NCBI GenBank assembly: GCA_964631235.1
Contig: CAZVZX010000013.1
Span: 15,013 to 79,012 of the forward strand
DNA from: an uncultured Planctomycetaceae bacterium
GTDB taxonomy: Bacteria > Planctomycetota > Planctomycetia > Pirellulales > Thermoguttaceae
Reading direction: 5' to 3'
DNA: 64,000 nt
In this document: in pieces, positions 1 through 9,043 of the stretch
Layout of the letters: every line of letters starts with the position of its first letter
How positions within the stretch are numbered: the stretch's first letter is position 1
Made by a program: the position numbers and the translations under genes
The notes under the pieces: model-generated
Seen by the model: only the letters and a program-made list of their open reading frames with translations
What the model was told of the DNA's origin: nothing
The model's database searches: none

Positions 1-755
1 CCCTCGCCGCCGCGACGATTACCGCCGAATCCGCCCATCAATTGGCGCATGTCGATGTCGATCTTCTTCCCTTTGAGGGCCTCGAACTTCTCTTTCTGTT
101 CCGGCGTCAAGACGTTGAGAATCTTCTCTTCGACCTGCTTTTGGGTTTCACGGAACTTCTCGCCCATCTCACGGAAACGCTCGCGGCGCTGTTCCGGCGA
201 CAGGTCTTGCATCTCTTCTCGCATCTTGGCGAACTGATCGGTCACTTCGCGACGGATGCTTTCCATCTTCGCCTTCTGGTCGTCGGTGATGCCCAATTCC
301 TTAGCGACCTCGGGCGAATTCAACGCGCGAATCCCTTGGATCTGGACACTGATTTCCTTCAGCCGCTTGAGCTGGTGCGGCAGCAAAATGGCTTCGATTT
401 TCTTGGCCAGTTCGGCTTCACGATCTTGGGCCTTTTTGCGAAGCTCTTCCATCCGCTCTCGACGCTGTTCCTCGGACAGATCGCGGAAACCGGAGAAGGC
501 CTCCCGCATTTCGCGGGCGGTCGCTTCGCCAAGCTCTCGTAATTTCGCCTTTTGGTCGTCCACCAATTCGATTTCTTTCTGCACCTGCTCCAGTCGCAGC
601 AGTTGCAACGGGCCTCCCATGCCGGGGCCGCCAGGGCCACCCATTCCGGGGCCGAACTGGCCCCGCTGCCGGTCGCCGCCGGGCTGCGCCATAGCGCTGG
701 CGACAAACAACAACGTCAATACAAGGACTCCCAGTACCGTACAAACTCGACTCAT
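1..755 (-). CDS. Periplasmic LTXXQ-repeat (Spy/CpxP-like) protein; 3' end runs off the window
   Basis: ATG at 755-753. It is absent from the ORF track because there is no stop inside the window. My translation is MSRVCTVLGVLVLTLLFVASAMAQ (signal peptide), then a G/P-rich linker (GPGMGGPGGPGMGGP), then five helical repeats with LxxxQ(K/R) cores: LVDDQKAKLREL, LSEEQRRERMEEL, ITDDQKAKMESI, LSPEQRRERFREM, LTPEQKEKFEAL. The + ORF 42..542 is its L/F-rich antisense shadow. Confidence 0.6.
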   Translation of the reverse strand, partial: MSRVCTVLGVLVLTLLFVASAMAQPGGDRQRGQFGPGMGGPGGPGMGGPLQLLRLEQVQKEIELVDDQKAKLRELGEATAREMREAFSGFRDLSEEQRRERMEELRKKAQDREAELAKKIEAILLPHQLKRLKEISVQIQGIRALNSPEVAKELGITDDQKAKMESIRREVTDQFAKMREEMQDLSPEQRRERFREMGEKFRETQKQVEEKILNVLTPEQKEKFEALKGKKIDIDMRQLMGGFGGNRRGGE

Positions 756-971
756 CTTCGCACTCCCTTCTTGATAAGACGGGGGGTCTGAATAGTCGGC
801 GCTGAAAATGCGACGGCCGCAGTGCGCCTTCACAGTCTATAACACCATAGGCATGCCAGGGTTTCGGCCGATTCGCCGATCACGGGCTGCCGTGGAAGGT
901 TTCCGGCGCACCCGACCTGTCCGAATCAGAACCGGCAAAGGCCCCGAAAGCGTGGTAATATGGGCAGTACA

Positions 972-1044
972 GTGAAATACGGAAGTCGGTTCGAACGGGG
1001 GATGGCTTGCAAGCAAGCCGAGACGTGGCGACGGCAGTCGCTTT
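972..1044 (+). promoter_or_regulatory. Conserved ~70-nt intergenic element, copy A (function unknown)
   Basis: GTGAAATACGGAAGTCGGTTCGAACGGGGGATGGCTTGCAAGCAAGCCGAGACGTGGCGACGGCAGTCGCTTT. It shares the exact 11-mers GAAATACGGAA and TTCGAACGGGG with copy C and has the same box order as copies B and G. Confidence 0.6.
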
Positions 1045-1677
1045 CGGAATCGTGTGGGACTATTTTGCGAGTCGGGTGCGGCTAACACGTTACTTCGTGG
1101 GAACTTCGGTGTTCAATCCTGTGGCGAACAGCGACAGACACTCTGCCGGTGGATCGTCGGGTTCAATGCGTACGACGGCGGTGTCTCGGCGGCTGTAATA
1201 GCAGGTCACCGAAATTGGTTCGATCGGCCGGTTTTTGCGACCAGGCAGCGAGCCCCGTTGTCCGAATCCTCGCGACGGCTGCCCGTACAACTGCGAGCGT
1301 CCGCGTTTTGGGATGTGGCGAGCTGACCTGTCGGCATGGGGCTTCGCGGGAGCGACAAAGGAGAAATCGGTTCGACTCGTGTGCCAAGGGCCGTTACACT
1401 AAAATAATGCCGCCTCAGTTGTTAGGTTGTCGGTCGCTTCCCGATGCCGTTACCCGAGAGACGTTGGCCGCACGGCAGCGTGGCGATTAGCGTCACTGAT
1501 TGTGACCGGGAGGCGTTGTGCGATGGCGAGGCCCGAGAGTAGTCGCTCGAGCCAACATCGATGGCGGTGAGTTTCATAGCGAGTTCCATCGGACCGTTGG
1601 ATCCGCATGACCTTTTCTACGGACTTCTGACTATTGCGGGAACGCCGGCGGCCGATTGGATTGGGTTGAACGAGTCC

Positions 1678-1748
1678 GCGAAAGACGGAACGCGGTTCAA
1701 ATGGGGATAGTTTGCAAGAAGGCCGCGTCGTTGCGACGGCGGCCGCTT
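1678..1748 (+). promoter_or_regulatory. Conserved ~70-nt intergenic element, copy B (function unknown)
   Basis: GCGAAAGACGGAACGCGGTTCAAATGGGGATAGTTTGCAAGAAGGCCGCGTCGTTGCGACGGCGGCCGCTTA. It shares the exact 13-mer GCGAAAGACGGAA and 16-mer GGCCGCGTCGTTGCGA with copy G at 46606. It ends 40 nt before ATG 1788. Confidence 0.65.
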
Positions 1749-1787
1749 ACATGATGGTGAGGATTTGTTTTGCTAAGGACGACGGTT

Positions 1788-3086
1788 ATGGACGCGTGCC
1801 TTCGCTCATGTCGGATGCCGTTAGCGATTGTCTTCGGCGCCGTGTTTTTTTGCGAGGCTGTGTTGGCTCAGTATCGTGACGAGCCGCCGCGTTCGGCCGA
1901 AGAAGCGCAACACCGGTTTCGCCGGGCCGAGTTTTTTTTGGCCGAATTGGACGCCAACCATAATGGCGTGCTTGAAGCGGACGAGTGCTCGGGACGGCGG
2001 CAATACTTTGTTGAGCGGATGTTGCAGCGGGCCAACCTTCCGGTGCAGTATCCCGTCGCGATAGATCGCGTGCGCGAGGGATTGCAACGGTACTACACCA
2101 GTTCGGTGCAACAAGCGGGCGCGCCGGGTAGTCCGCCGCCTGGCGCACCTTTCCCGGGTGGCGGTCCGCCGGGCGGTCCTTGGGGCGGACCACCGGGAGG
2201 CCCGTGGGGCGGCCCTCCCGGCGGGCCTTGGGGCGGCAGTCCGCCGGGTGCGCCCCCAGGATCTTCGGGAAACGCTAGCTCAGCGACCAACCCGGCACCG
2301 TCTGTTCCCGGCTTCGGGATTCCCGCGGCTGCACCGGCGGTTCCGGGCTTCGGGCCGGTGACGGCTCCAACGACGGGTACCGTTGGCAGCCCTGCGTCGC
2401 CGGCCAACGGCAGCTCGTCGGGGCACAGCGACGATCAACGCTATCGCGACTATGCGAAGCAGCTTTTTGGCCAGTACGACAAGAACCGCAATGGTGTGCT
2501 CGAACGGGATGAGTACAACGAAATGAGCAATAACCCCAAGGCGGCCGATAAGAACGGCGACGGGGCGATTTCGTTCGATGAGTTGTACAAGTGGTTGGTG
2601 GAAATGAGCAAGTCGGGGTCGCATTCGGGAAGCTCTGGCGGCGACAGCCGCGACCGCGATCGGGACCGGGAACGAGACCGCGAACGATCGAAGAAGACGG
2701 AACCGAAACAGCCTACATATCGGTTGCCCTTCCCGTCGCCGGTCGAGCGGTTGCCGAGCGGCATGCCCGAGTGGTTCCTGAAAAAAGACGCCGATCGCGA
2801 TGGGCAGGTGTCGATGGCCGAGTTCAGCCAGGATTGGAGCGAAAGCAAGTTGACCGAGTACTTCAAGTACGATGTCAACGGCGATGGCTTCATCGTTCCC
2901 ACAGAGGTTCTGCGCGTGGAAAAGGGGACGAGCCAATCGAAAAGCGGGCCGACATCGAGTTCAAGCGGAAGCAGCTCGAGCGGCAGTTCCAGCAGCAGCG
3001 ACCGTCGTTGGGATTCCCGTTGGGGGAGAAGCGAACGGGGCAGCGAATCGGAACGAAGCTCCCACGACCGCGAGCGAGGCCGTTGA
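1788..3086 (+). CDS. Secreted EF-hand calcium-binding protein with low-complexity linkers
   Basis: The ORF opens at TTG 1770. I prefer ATG 1788, which is preceded by AAGGA. Signal-like N-terminus MDACLRSCRMPLAIVFGAVFFCEAVLAQ. Five EF-hand loops: DANHNGVLEADE, DKNRNGVLERDE, DKNGDGAISFDE, DADRDGQVSMAE, DVNGDGFIVPTE. Also GGPPGGPW x3, RDRDRDRERDRER and a Ser-rich tail. Confidence 0.75.
   Translation: MDACLRSCRMPLAIVFGAVFFCEAVLAQYRDEPPRSAEEAQHRFRRAEFFLAELDANHNGVLEADECSGRRQYFVERMLQRANLPVQYPVAIDRVREGLQRYYTSSVQQAGAPGSPPPGAPFPGGGPPGGPWGGPPGGPWGGPPGGPWGGSPPGAPPGSSGNASSATNPAPSVPGFGIPAAAPAVPGFGPVTAPTTGTVGSPASPANGSSSGHSDDQRYRDYAKQLFGQYDKNRNGVLERDEYNEMSNNPKAADKNGDGAISFDELYKWLVEMSKSGSHSGSSGGDSRDRDRDRERDRERSKKTEPKQPTYRLPFPSPVERLPSGMPEWFLKKDADRDGQVSMAEFSQDWSESKLTEYFKYDVNGDGFIVPTEVLRVEKGTSQSKSGPTSSSSGSSSSGSSSSSDRRWDSRWGRSERGSESERSSHDRERGR
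2160..2231 (+). repeat. In-frame 24-nt x3 repeat encoding GGPPGGPW inside the EF-hand gene
   Basis: The units are ggcggtccgccgggcggtccttgg / ggcggaccaccgggaggcccgtgg / ggcggccctcccggcgggccttgg. The peptide is identical while synonymous positions differ. Confidence 0.85.
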
Positions 3087-3182
3087 TTCTTCGCTCTGCT
3101 CGTTTTTCCGGCGACTGGATCGGGATCACAGCAGAAACCGATCCCGGTTTGGTCGGTCGCTGAAGCGACTCTGCGGACCTGA

Positions 3183-5018
3183 TCAGTCGTGGGCGGGCGA
3201 GTCTATTCTCTTGGTGCGCGAAGGCGGGCTTTTCCGCCAGATGATGTTCGCCCAAGGTTCGATCAAATGCTTCCACCGTCGCCCGAGGCGCACGCGACAA
3301 GTGTCGGGCACGGCTACGACGATGCGGCGGCTTCCGCGGCGACGGTCGGTTTGCACGCTCAGCATCCGATCCAAATAGCCGACCTTCTCACGGCACAGTG
3401 CGTGGAGCTGGGCCAAAAAGTCGGGCGTGATTTCTTCAGGGTGTTCTTCAGCCTCTAGGACCACTGTCAGCGTAATGAATGGGTTCTGGTCGATCACGAA
3501 GCGGACGATTTCGGCCGCTCGATGCCTCGCCATCGCAAACCGACGGCTGCGGAGGTAGATCGTTGCACTAACGGCCGGATAGGGCGGGGCGGCCAAAGCC
3601 TCTTGCCAGCGGCTGCCGCGAGGCGCGTGATCGAGATCGACGCGACACATCGTCCAGCATGCGTTCGCGCCGGCATTTCTCGCAAGCCAGCGGGCATTGG
3701 CGACCGTGTCGTTCTCGCCTTCGCAATAGGGGGGCGGCAGGGGGGCCGGATCGTATTCGATGCCGAGCCGCCGTTGCGTCTCCTCCACGAGCTGGGCGAT
3801 TTCGATCCAGTTGACCGCCGCATTGGCGACGACGTAGTAGGGAGGTCGCGGTTGGGCTTGTAGTTTCCATCGCTCCGCCTCGGCAGCCAAGGGCGTGCCC
3901 GGCAACAGGGACAAAGGAAAGAGCTGGAGTTCGTCGAACAACTCGCGGTCAACCAGGAAGTCGATCGCCCGTCGCATCGAATCGATGGTGTCGCCGGGCA
4001 GTCCCAAGATCAAATCGGTTCGGGTGCGAATGCCTGCCGCTCGAATCGCCTGCGCCCCGCGCGCGAAGGCGTCGAGATCGACTCGGCGACCAATGGCAGC
4101 TTGGGCGGCCGGCTCGACCGTTTGCAGGCCGATTTCGACTTCGGCGAAATTGGCGTTGCGCAATTTTCGCGCGAGAGCTGAATCGATGCCTTCGGCTCGA
4201 AGCTCTGCCGAAAAACGGATCTGATGCTCGCGATTCTCCTCCGCCAACAGATCGATGAAGCCGGCGAAGTTGCGCCGTTGGTTGAGCGTAGGATCGAGGA
4301 GGAACACTTCTCGCACGCGATGGCGGATCGCCAGACGCAAGTTCGCTCGGAGTTCCGCCTCTGCGAACGACCGAATCGTGCGTCGGCCCTGATGGTATGC
4401 ACAGAACTTGCAGCGATAGCGGCAGCCGCGGGCCGTTTCCAGCCACATCGTTTCGTGCGGAATCAGTAGCCCGGCCGTGTAGGGCGATTGAAGCGCGGCC
4501 AGCGAAACGGGCGGCGCCGGCTGCCGCGGCGGAGCGAACGTTGGCCCGACCCATAGCCCCGGCACATCGGCCCAAGCCGAACGTTGGTTTCTCATGTCGA
4601 GCCATCGGCGAAAGGTCTCCTCGCCTTCGCCCACAACGGCTGCATCGAAACCGCCAGCATTCCAAACCCAGCGATTATCGGGCTGAATCTCCGGGCCGCC
4701 CAGAAGAACAGTTGTTTTCGGCAGCCGTTCTTTGATCTGGCGACAGAGCCAAAGGGTTCGTTCGATGTTCCACAGGTAGCAGGTGAAGCCGATGGCGGCG
4801 GGGGCACGTTGCACGACGGCGTGCAGCAAGGCCGCGTCACCGAGCGTGCCGGCTTCTTCGCCCGGGAAGATGGCGATCCGCTCGCACCCGTCGCGATTGT
4901 GGGGTGGCAGCGCCGTGGCCAAGCATCCGGCCGCCAACGGCACATTCTCCGATGCCGCTTGAGAGCCGAGCGGTGGGATCGGCAGTTGGATCAGCAGGAT
5001 GTCGGAACGAGGCGTCAT
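3183..5018 (-). CDS. B12-binding-domain radical SAM protein
   Basis: 611-aa ORF. CxxxCxxC cluster motif in ETARGCRYRCKFCAYH. The N-terminal ~150 aa has a cobalamin-binding-type Rossmann layout (ILLIQLP...TTVLLGGPE). There is a C-terminal extension of roughly 200 aa with no motif I recognise. Confidence 0.75.
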   Translation of the reverse strand: MTPRSDILLIQLPIPPLGSQAASENVPLAAGCLATALPPHNRDGCERIAIFPGEEAGTLGDAALLHAVVQRAPAAIGFTCYLWNIERTLWLCRQIKERLPKTTVLLGGPEIQPDNRWVWNAGGFDAAVVGEGEETFRRWLDMRNQRSAWADVPGLWVGPTFAPPRQPAPPVSLAALQSPYTAGLLIPHETMWLETARGCRYRCKFCAYHQGRRTIRSFAEAELRANLRLAIRHRVREVFLLDPTLNQRRNFAGFIDLLAEENREHQIRFSAELRAEGIDSALARKLRNANFAEVEIGLQTVEPAAQAAIGRRVDLDAFARGAQAIRAAGIRTRTDLILGLPGDTIDSMRRAIDFLVDRELFDELQLFPLSLLPGTPLAAEAERWKLQAQPRPPYYVVANAAVNWIEIAQLVEETQRRLGIEYDPAPLPPPYCEGENDTVANARWLARNAGANACWTMCRVDLDHAPRGSRWQEALAAPPYPAVSATIYLRSRRFAMARHRAAEIVRFVIDQNPFITLTVVLEAEEHPEEITPDFLAQLHALCREKVGYLDRMLSVQTDRRRGSRRIVVAVPDTCRVRLGRRWKHLIEPWANIIWRKSPPSRTKRIDSPAHD

Positions 5019-5203
5019 CGGCCGTCAGCCCATTATCATTGGGGTAATTCCCGAATGCCCCGTCGCCACGCGCCGGCCAAGCTGATTGATAAGCTCTGCG
5101 AGCAAAAAGTCGGGCGACCGCCGGCTCGTTGGCAGTCATCTCGGGAAGGGCCAGCGCGTTTGCGCCGCGCCGGCCGTGTGAGCCGCCGCTTTGGCGAGGT
5201 CGG

Positions 5204-6100
5204 CTATGGTTGTTTCTTCGGCAGGAAGCCTTGTCCGCGCAGCCAAAGCTCGCACTGTTTCGGCCAAAGGTTTGCGCCGTTGGCATTGGCCGCCAGCCCC
5301 AGCCCGTGTTGACCGCTCCGATAGATATGCAGCTCGGCCGGAACCTTATGCTTGCGGCAGGCCAAATAGAACATGACGCTGTTTTCGGGCGGCACCACGC
5401 GGTCTTCGTCCGTATGCCAGAGAAAGCAGGGCGGTGTTTCGGGCGTTACCTGCTTTTCGTTGGAGAACTGGGCGACAAGCTCCGGCGGCGCGTCGGCTCC
5501 GAGAAGGTTACGCTGCGAACCGCTGTGGGTGAACGGTTCTCCGAAGGCGATCACGGCGTAGCACAAGATGGCGAAGTCGGGACGGCAACTGACGCGATCA
5601 ACCGGGTCGTCGGCCTGCGGGTTGCCTGCGTCGAAGTGCGTGGCCGCCGTCGATGCCAAATGGCCGCCTGCCGAGAAGCCGATGATGCCGACCCGATTAG
5701 GCTCGATGTTCAGCGCCGCGGCCCGAGACCGCACCAGACGAATCGCCCGTTGCGCGTCGGTCAATGGGGCGGGATGGCCGTACCCCTTCCCGCGGTGGCG
5801 ATACTCCAGCACGGCGGCCGTAATTCCCAGCGAATTCAACCACTGAGCAATCTGTTTGCCCTCGTGATCCAAGGCCAAATGGCCGTAACCCCCGCCCGGG
5901 CAGACAACGACGGCTGTTTTCGCAGGATTCTCGGACGGTTGCCAAATTCTCAGCGTCGGAATGTCTTCAGGCCGATCACCCACGGCTCCCGGAGCGCGGG
6001 CGGGCCACAACGGCTCGCTGGCGGGCAGATCCGCCGCTGCTGCGGCCGAAAGAAGACTCAATACAACCAGCAAGCCGATCAATCCGGTGCGAATCATCAT
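5204..6100 (-). CDS. Secreted alpha/beta hydrolase (esterase/lipase family)
   Basis: The ORF extends to 6250, but ATG 6100 gives MMIRTGLIGLLVVLSLLSAAAAA, a signal peptide. Oxyanion-type VVCPGGGY, nucleophile elbow GFSAGGH, later acidic (HTDEDRVVP) and His (SGQHGLG) residues. Confidence 0.7.
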   Translation of the reverse strand: MMIRTGLIGLLVVLSLLSAAAAADLPASEPLWPARAPGAVGDRPEDIPTLRIWQPSENPAKTAVVVCPGGGYGHLALDHEGKQIAQWLNSLGITAAVLEYRHRGKGYGHPAPLTDAQRAIRLVRSRAAALNIEPNRVGIIGFSAGGHLASTAATHFDAGNPQADDPVDRVSCRPDFAILCYAVIAFGEPFTHSGSQRNLLGADAPPELVAQFSNEKQVTPETPPCFLWHTDEDRVVPPENSVMFYLACRKHKVPAELHIYRSGQHGLGLAANANGANLWPKQCELWLRGQGFLPKKQP

Positions 6101-6336
6101 GAAGCTCCAAATCAAGAGGGTTAGTGCCCGAAAACGGCTTTCAAAAGGGTGAGTGTTCGAAAACGGCTTGACCCGGCGGCCGATCCGCATGGTGAGCCTT
6201 GCCGGCGAACGGGAAACAAATGATGTCACCGAAGACAACGAGCGACCCAACGGTTCAGATCCGGCCGCCGCGAAGCAGTCCGCCCCGGCAATGGCTCAAG
6301 AACTTGCTGCCGTCGGCCTCGGGCGGTTTGATCAAT

Positions 6337-8970
6337 TTACTCGGGCTTTCGGCAATCGAAGGTGAATTCGCCGTTGGGGCAATCGATTCGCACGGTGGCG
6401 CCCTCGACAATCTCGTTCTTGAGCAGCTCGACGGCCAACGGATTCTGGATGCGCTGCTGGATCACCCGCTTCAACGGCCGTGCTCCATACTGAGGATCGT
6501 ACCCTTGCGCCGCGATGGCTGCCAGTGCGGCGGGCGTAACTTCAAGCGTGATGCCTTTTTCGGCCAATTGCTTGCGCAAACGCTCGATTTGGATTTCGAC
6601 AATACGCCGAATCTGTTCGCGCGAAAGCGGATGGAAGATCAAGATTTCATCGATGCGGTTGAGGAACTCGGGCAGAAACCGAGACTGGACGGCTTCCATT
6701 ACCGCGGCGCGCATCTCCTGTTCGCTGCCGCCCTCGCGGGTAACCTCTTGGATCAACTGGCTGCCGATGTTCGAGGTCATGACGATGATCGTGTTGGTGA
6801 AGTCCACGGTATGTCCGTGGCTGTCGCTCAGGCGACCGTCGTCGAGCACTTGCAAAAGGATATTGAATACGTCGCGGTGTGCCTTCTCGATTTCGTCGAG
6901 CAGAACCACAGAATAGGGACGCCGGCGAATCGCCTCGGTGAGCATCCCGCCTTCTTCATAGCCGACATATCCCGGAGGGGCCCCGATCAAACGGCTGACG
7001 GTGTGCCGTTCCATGAACTCGCTCATGTCGAGCCGGACCATTGCGTTTTCATCGTCGAAGAGAACCTCGGCCAACGCCTTGCAAAGCTCGGTCTTCCCGA
7101 CGCCGGTCGGCCCGAGAAAGATGAACGACCCGATCGGCCGCCGCGGGTCTTGCAAGCCCGAGCGATTTCGCCGCACGGCGTTGGCGACGGCCTCGACGGC
7201 TTCATCTTGGCCGACCACCCTCTGGTGCAGGCGTTCTTCGAGAACCAAGAGTTTCGCCCGTTCCGTCTCCATCATTCGAGAGACGGGAATGCCGGTCCAC
7301 GCGCTGACCACTTCGGCAATCTCTTCGGGGCCCACTTCGCGGCGAAGCAGGCGACGTTGATTGCCCTCGGGCTTCTCCGATTCGGCACGTTCGAGCTGCT
7401 CGGCGAGCCGCTTCCGCGCCAGGTCGAATTCGTAAAGGCGTTGGTATTCTTCCTCGCGCACTGGGGTGCCCCGCGCGTGGTGCTCTTTGATCGTCGCGGC
7501 CAATTGGTCGTATTTGAGTTCTGCGTCGGCTAATTGGCGACGAATCTGTTGCACATCGCCCAGGCCGCTCTTTTCCAATTCCCACTGTTTGCGGAGGTCG
7601 GCCAGCTTCCGCTTCAATTCCGCCATCTCCTCTTGAATCTCTTGGCGCCGCTGGAGAGCGTGTTCTTCGGTTTCCTCGGCCAATTGGCGATCGGCCAGTT
7701 CCAACTGCATCAATCGGCGCTGCACTTGGTCGATTTCGGTCGGAACGCTCTCCAATTCCATGGCGAGGCGGCTGGTGGCCTCATCCATCAGGTCGATGGC
7801 CTTGTCGGGTAGGAATCGGTCGGCAATGTAGCGATGCGAGAGCTGGACGGCGGCAACCAAGGCCGAATCCTTGATTTTCACACCTTTGTGATGCGCCTCG
7901 TAGCGAGGCTTCAGTCCGCGGAGGATGGCAATAGCGTCTTCGACCGACGGCTCGGCAATGTACACCGGCTGGAATCGGCGTTCGAGGGCGGCGTCTTTCT
8001 CGATATATTTGCGATACTCGTCGAGCGTGGTAGCGCCGATGCATCGCAGTTCGCCGCGGGCAAGGGCCGGCTTGAGCAAGTTGGCGGCGTCGGCGCCGCC
8101 TTCCGCGCGGCCGGCCCCAACGACCGTATGCAATTCGTCGATGAATAGGATCACATTGCCCGCATCGGTAACCTCGCGGAGCACCGCCTTGAGCCGCTCT
8201 TCGAATTCGCCGCGGAACTTGGTACCGGCGACCAACGCGCCCAAATCGAGCGCCACGACTCGCTTGTCTTTCAGGCTCTCGGGCACATCGGCGTTGACGA
8301 TGCGCAATGCCAGGCCTTCGGCAATTGCCGTTTTGCCCACCCCGGGCTCGCCGATCAGTACCGGGTTGTTCTTTGTTCGCCGCGAAAGCACTTGAATCAC
8401 GCGGCGAATTTCCTGGTCGCGGCCGATCACCGGATCGAGCTTTCCCTGCCGCGCCCGTTCCACCAGGTCGATGCCGTATCGGGCCAGCGCCTGGAACTTG
8501 CCCTCGGGCGTCTGGTCGGTGACCCGGGCGCTGCCTCGAATCGCCTGCATGGCCTTCAACAGATCGTCGGCGGAAATGGCCGCAAGCGTCAGAATCTCTT
8601 GGGCCTTCGACTTGACCTTCGCAAGGGCCAGAAGCAGGTGCTCGGTCGAAACGAATTCGTCTTTCATCGTGTCCGCTTCTCGCTGAGCCGTCTCGAGCAC
8701 CTCGACCAGATCCCGGCTGGGTTGCGGACCCGAGCCGCCGGAAACCTTGGGACGATGGCCCAGTTCGGCGCTAACCATCTGTTCGAGCCGCGCGCGGTTG
8801 CAGCCCACGCGGTCGAGCAACGGGCGTATGATGCCGTCTTCCTCGGCCAACAAGGCGGAAAGCAGGTGCAGCGGCTCGATCTGCGCATGGCCTGCGCGAT
8901 CGGCCGATTCCTGTGCCCTGGCAACGGCCTCTTGGCCTTTGATGGTCAGCTTGTCGTATCGAAATGCCAT
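6337..8970 (-). CDS. clpB: ATP-dependent chaperone/disaggregase ClpB
   Basis: 877 aa. Clp_N start [20 protein letters not shown]. Two Walker A loops, [10 protein letters not shown] and [10 protein letters not shown], separated by a long coiled-coil M-domain. SD GGGAGA precedes ATG 8970. Confidence 0.95.
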   Translation of the reverse strand: MAFRYDKLTIKGQEAVARAQESADRAGHAQIEPLHLLSALLAEEDGIIRPLLDRVGCNRARLEQMVSAELGHRPKVSGGSGPQPSRDLVEVLETAQREADTMKDEFVSTEHLLLALAKVKSKAQEILTLAAISADDLLKAMQAIRGSARVTDQTPEGKFQALARYGIDLVERARQGKLDPVIGRDQEIRRVIQVLSRRTKNNPVLIGEPGVGKTAIAEGLALRIVNADVPESLKDKRVVALDLGALVAGTKFRGEFEERLKAVLREVTDAGNVILFIDELHTVVGAGRAEGGADAANLLKPALARGELRCIGATTLDEYRKYIEKDAALERRFQPVYIAEPSVEDAIAILRGLKPRYEAHHKGVKIKDSALVAAVQLSHRYIADRFLPDKAIDLMDEATSRLAMELESVPTEIDQVQRRLMQLELADRQLAEETEEHALQRRQEIQEEMAELKRKLADLRKQWELEKSGLGDVQQIRRQLADAELKYDQLAATIKEHHARGTPVREEEYQRLYEFDLARKRLAEQLERAESEKPEGNQRRLLRREVGPEEIAEVVSAWTGIPVSRMMETERAKLLVLEERLHQRVVGQDEAVEAVANAVRRNRSGLQDPRRPIGSFIFLGPTGVGKTELCKALAEVLFDDENAMVRLDMSEFMERHTVSRLIGAPPGYVGYEEGGMLTEAIRRRPYSVVLLDEIEKAHRDVFNILLQVLDDGRLSDSHGHTVDFTNTIIVMTSNIGSQLIQEVTREGGSEQEMRAAVMEAVQSRFLPEFLNRIDEILIFHPLSREQIRRIVEIQIERLRKQLAEKGITLEVTPAALAAIAAQGYDPQYGARPLKRVIQQRIQNPLAVELLKNEIVEGATVRIDCPNGEFTFDCRKPE

Positions 8971-8997
8971 GATCTGTCTCCCAGAGACAACCGCGGA

Positions 8998-9033
8998 GCG
9001 ACTGCGGCAGATGGGGGTGTTCGACGCAGTCGC
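8998..9033 (-). other. Intercistronic hairpin between the DUF1353 gene and clpB
   Basis: Perfect 9-bp inverted repeat GCGACTGCG (8998-9006) / CGCAGTCGC (9025-9033) with an 18-nt loop. It lies 11 nt after the DUF1353 stop and 28 nt before the clpB ATG. Confidence 0.3.
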
Positions 9034-9043
9034 CCGCTTGGTT

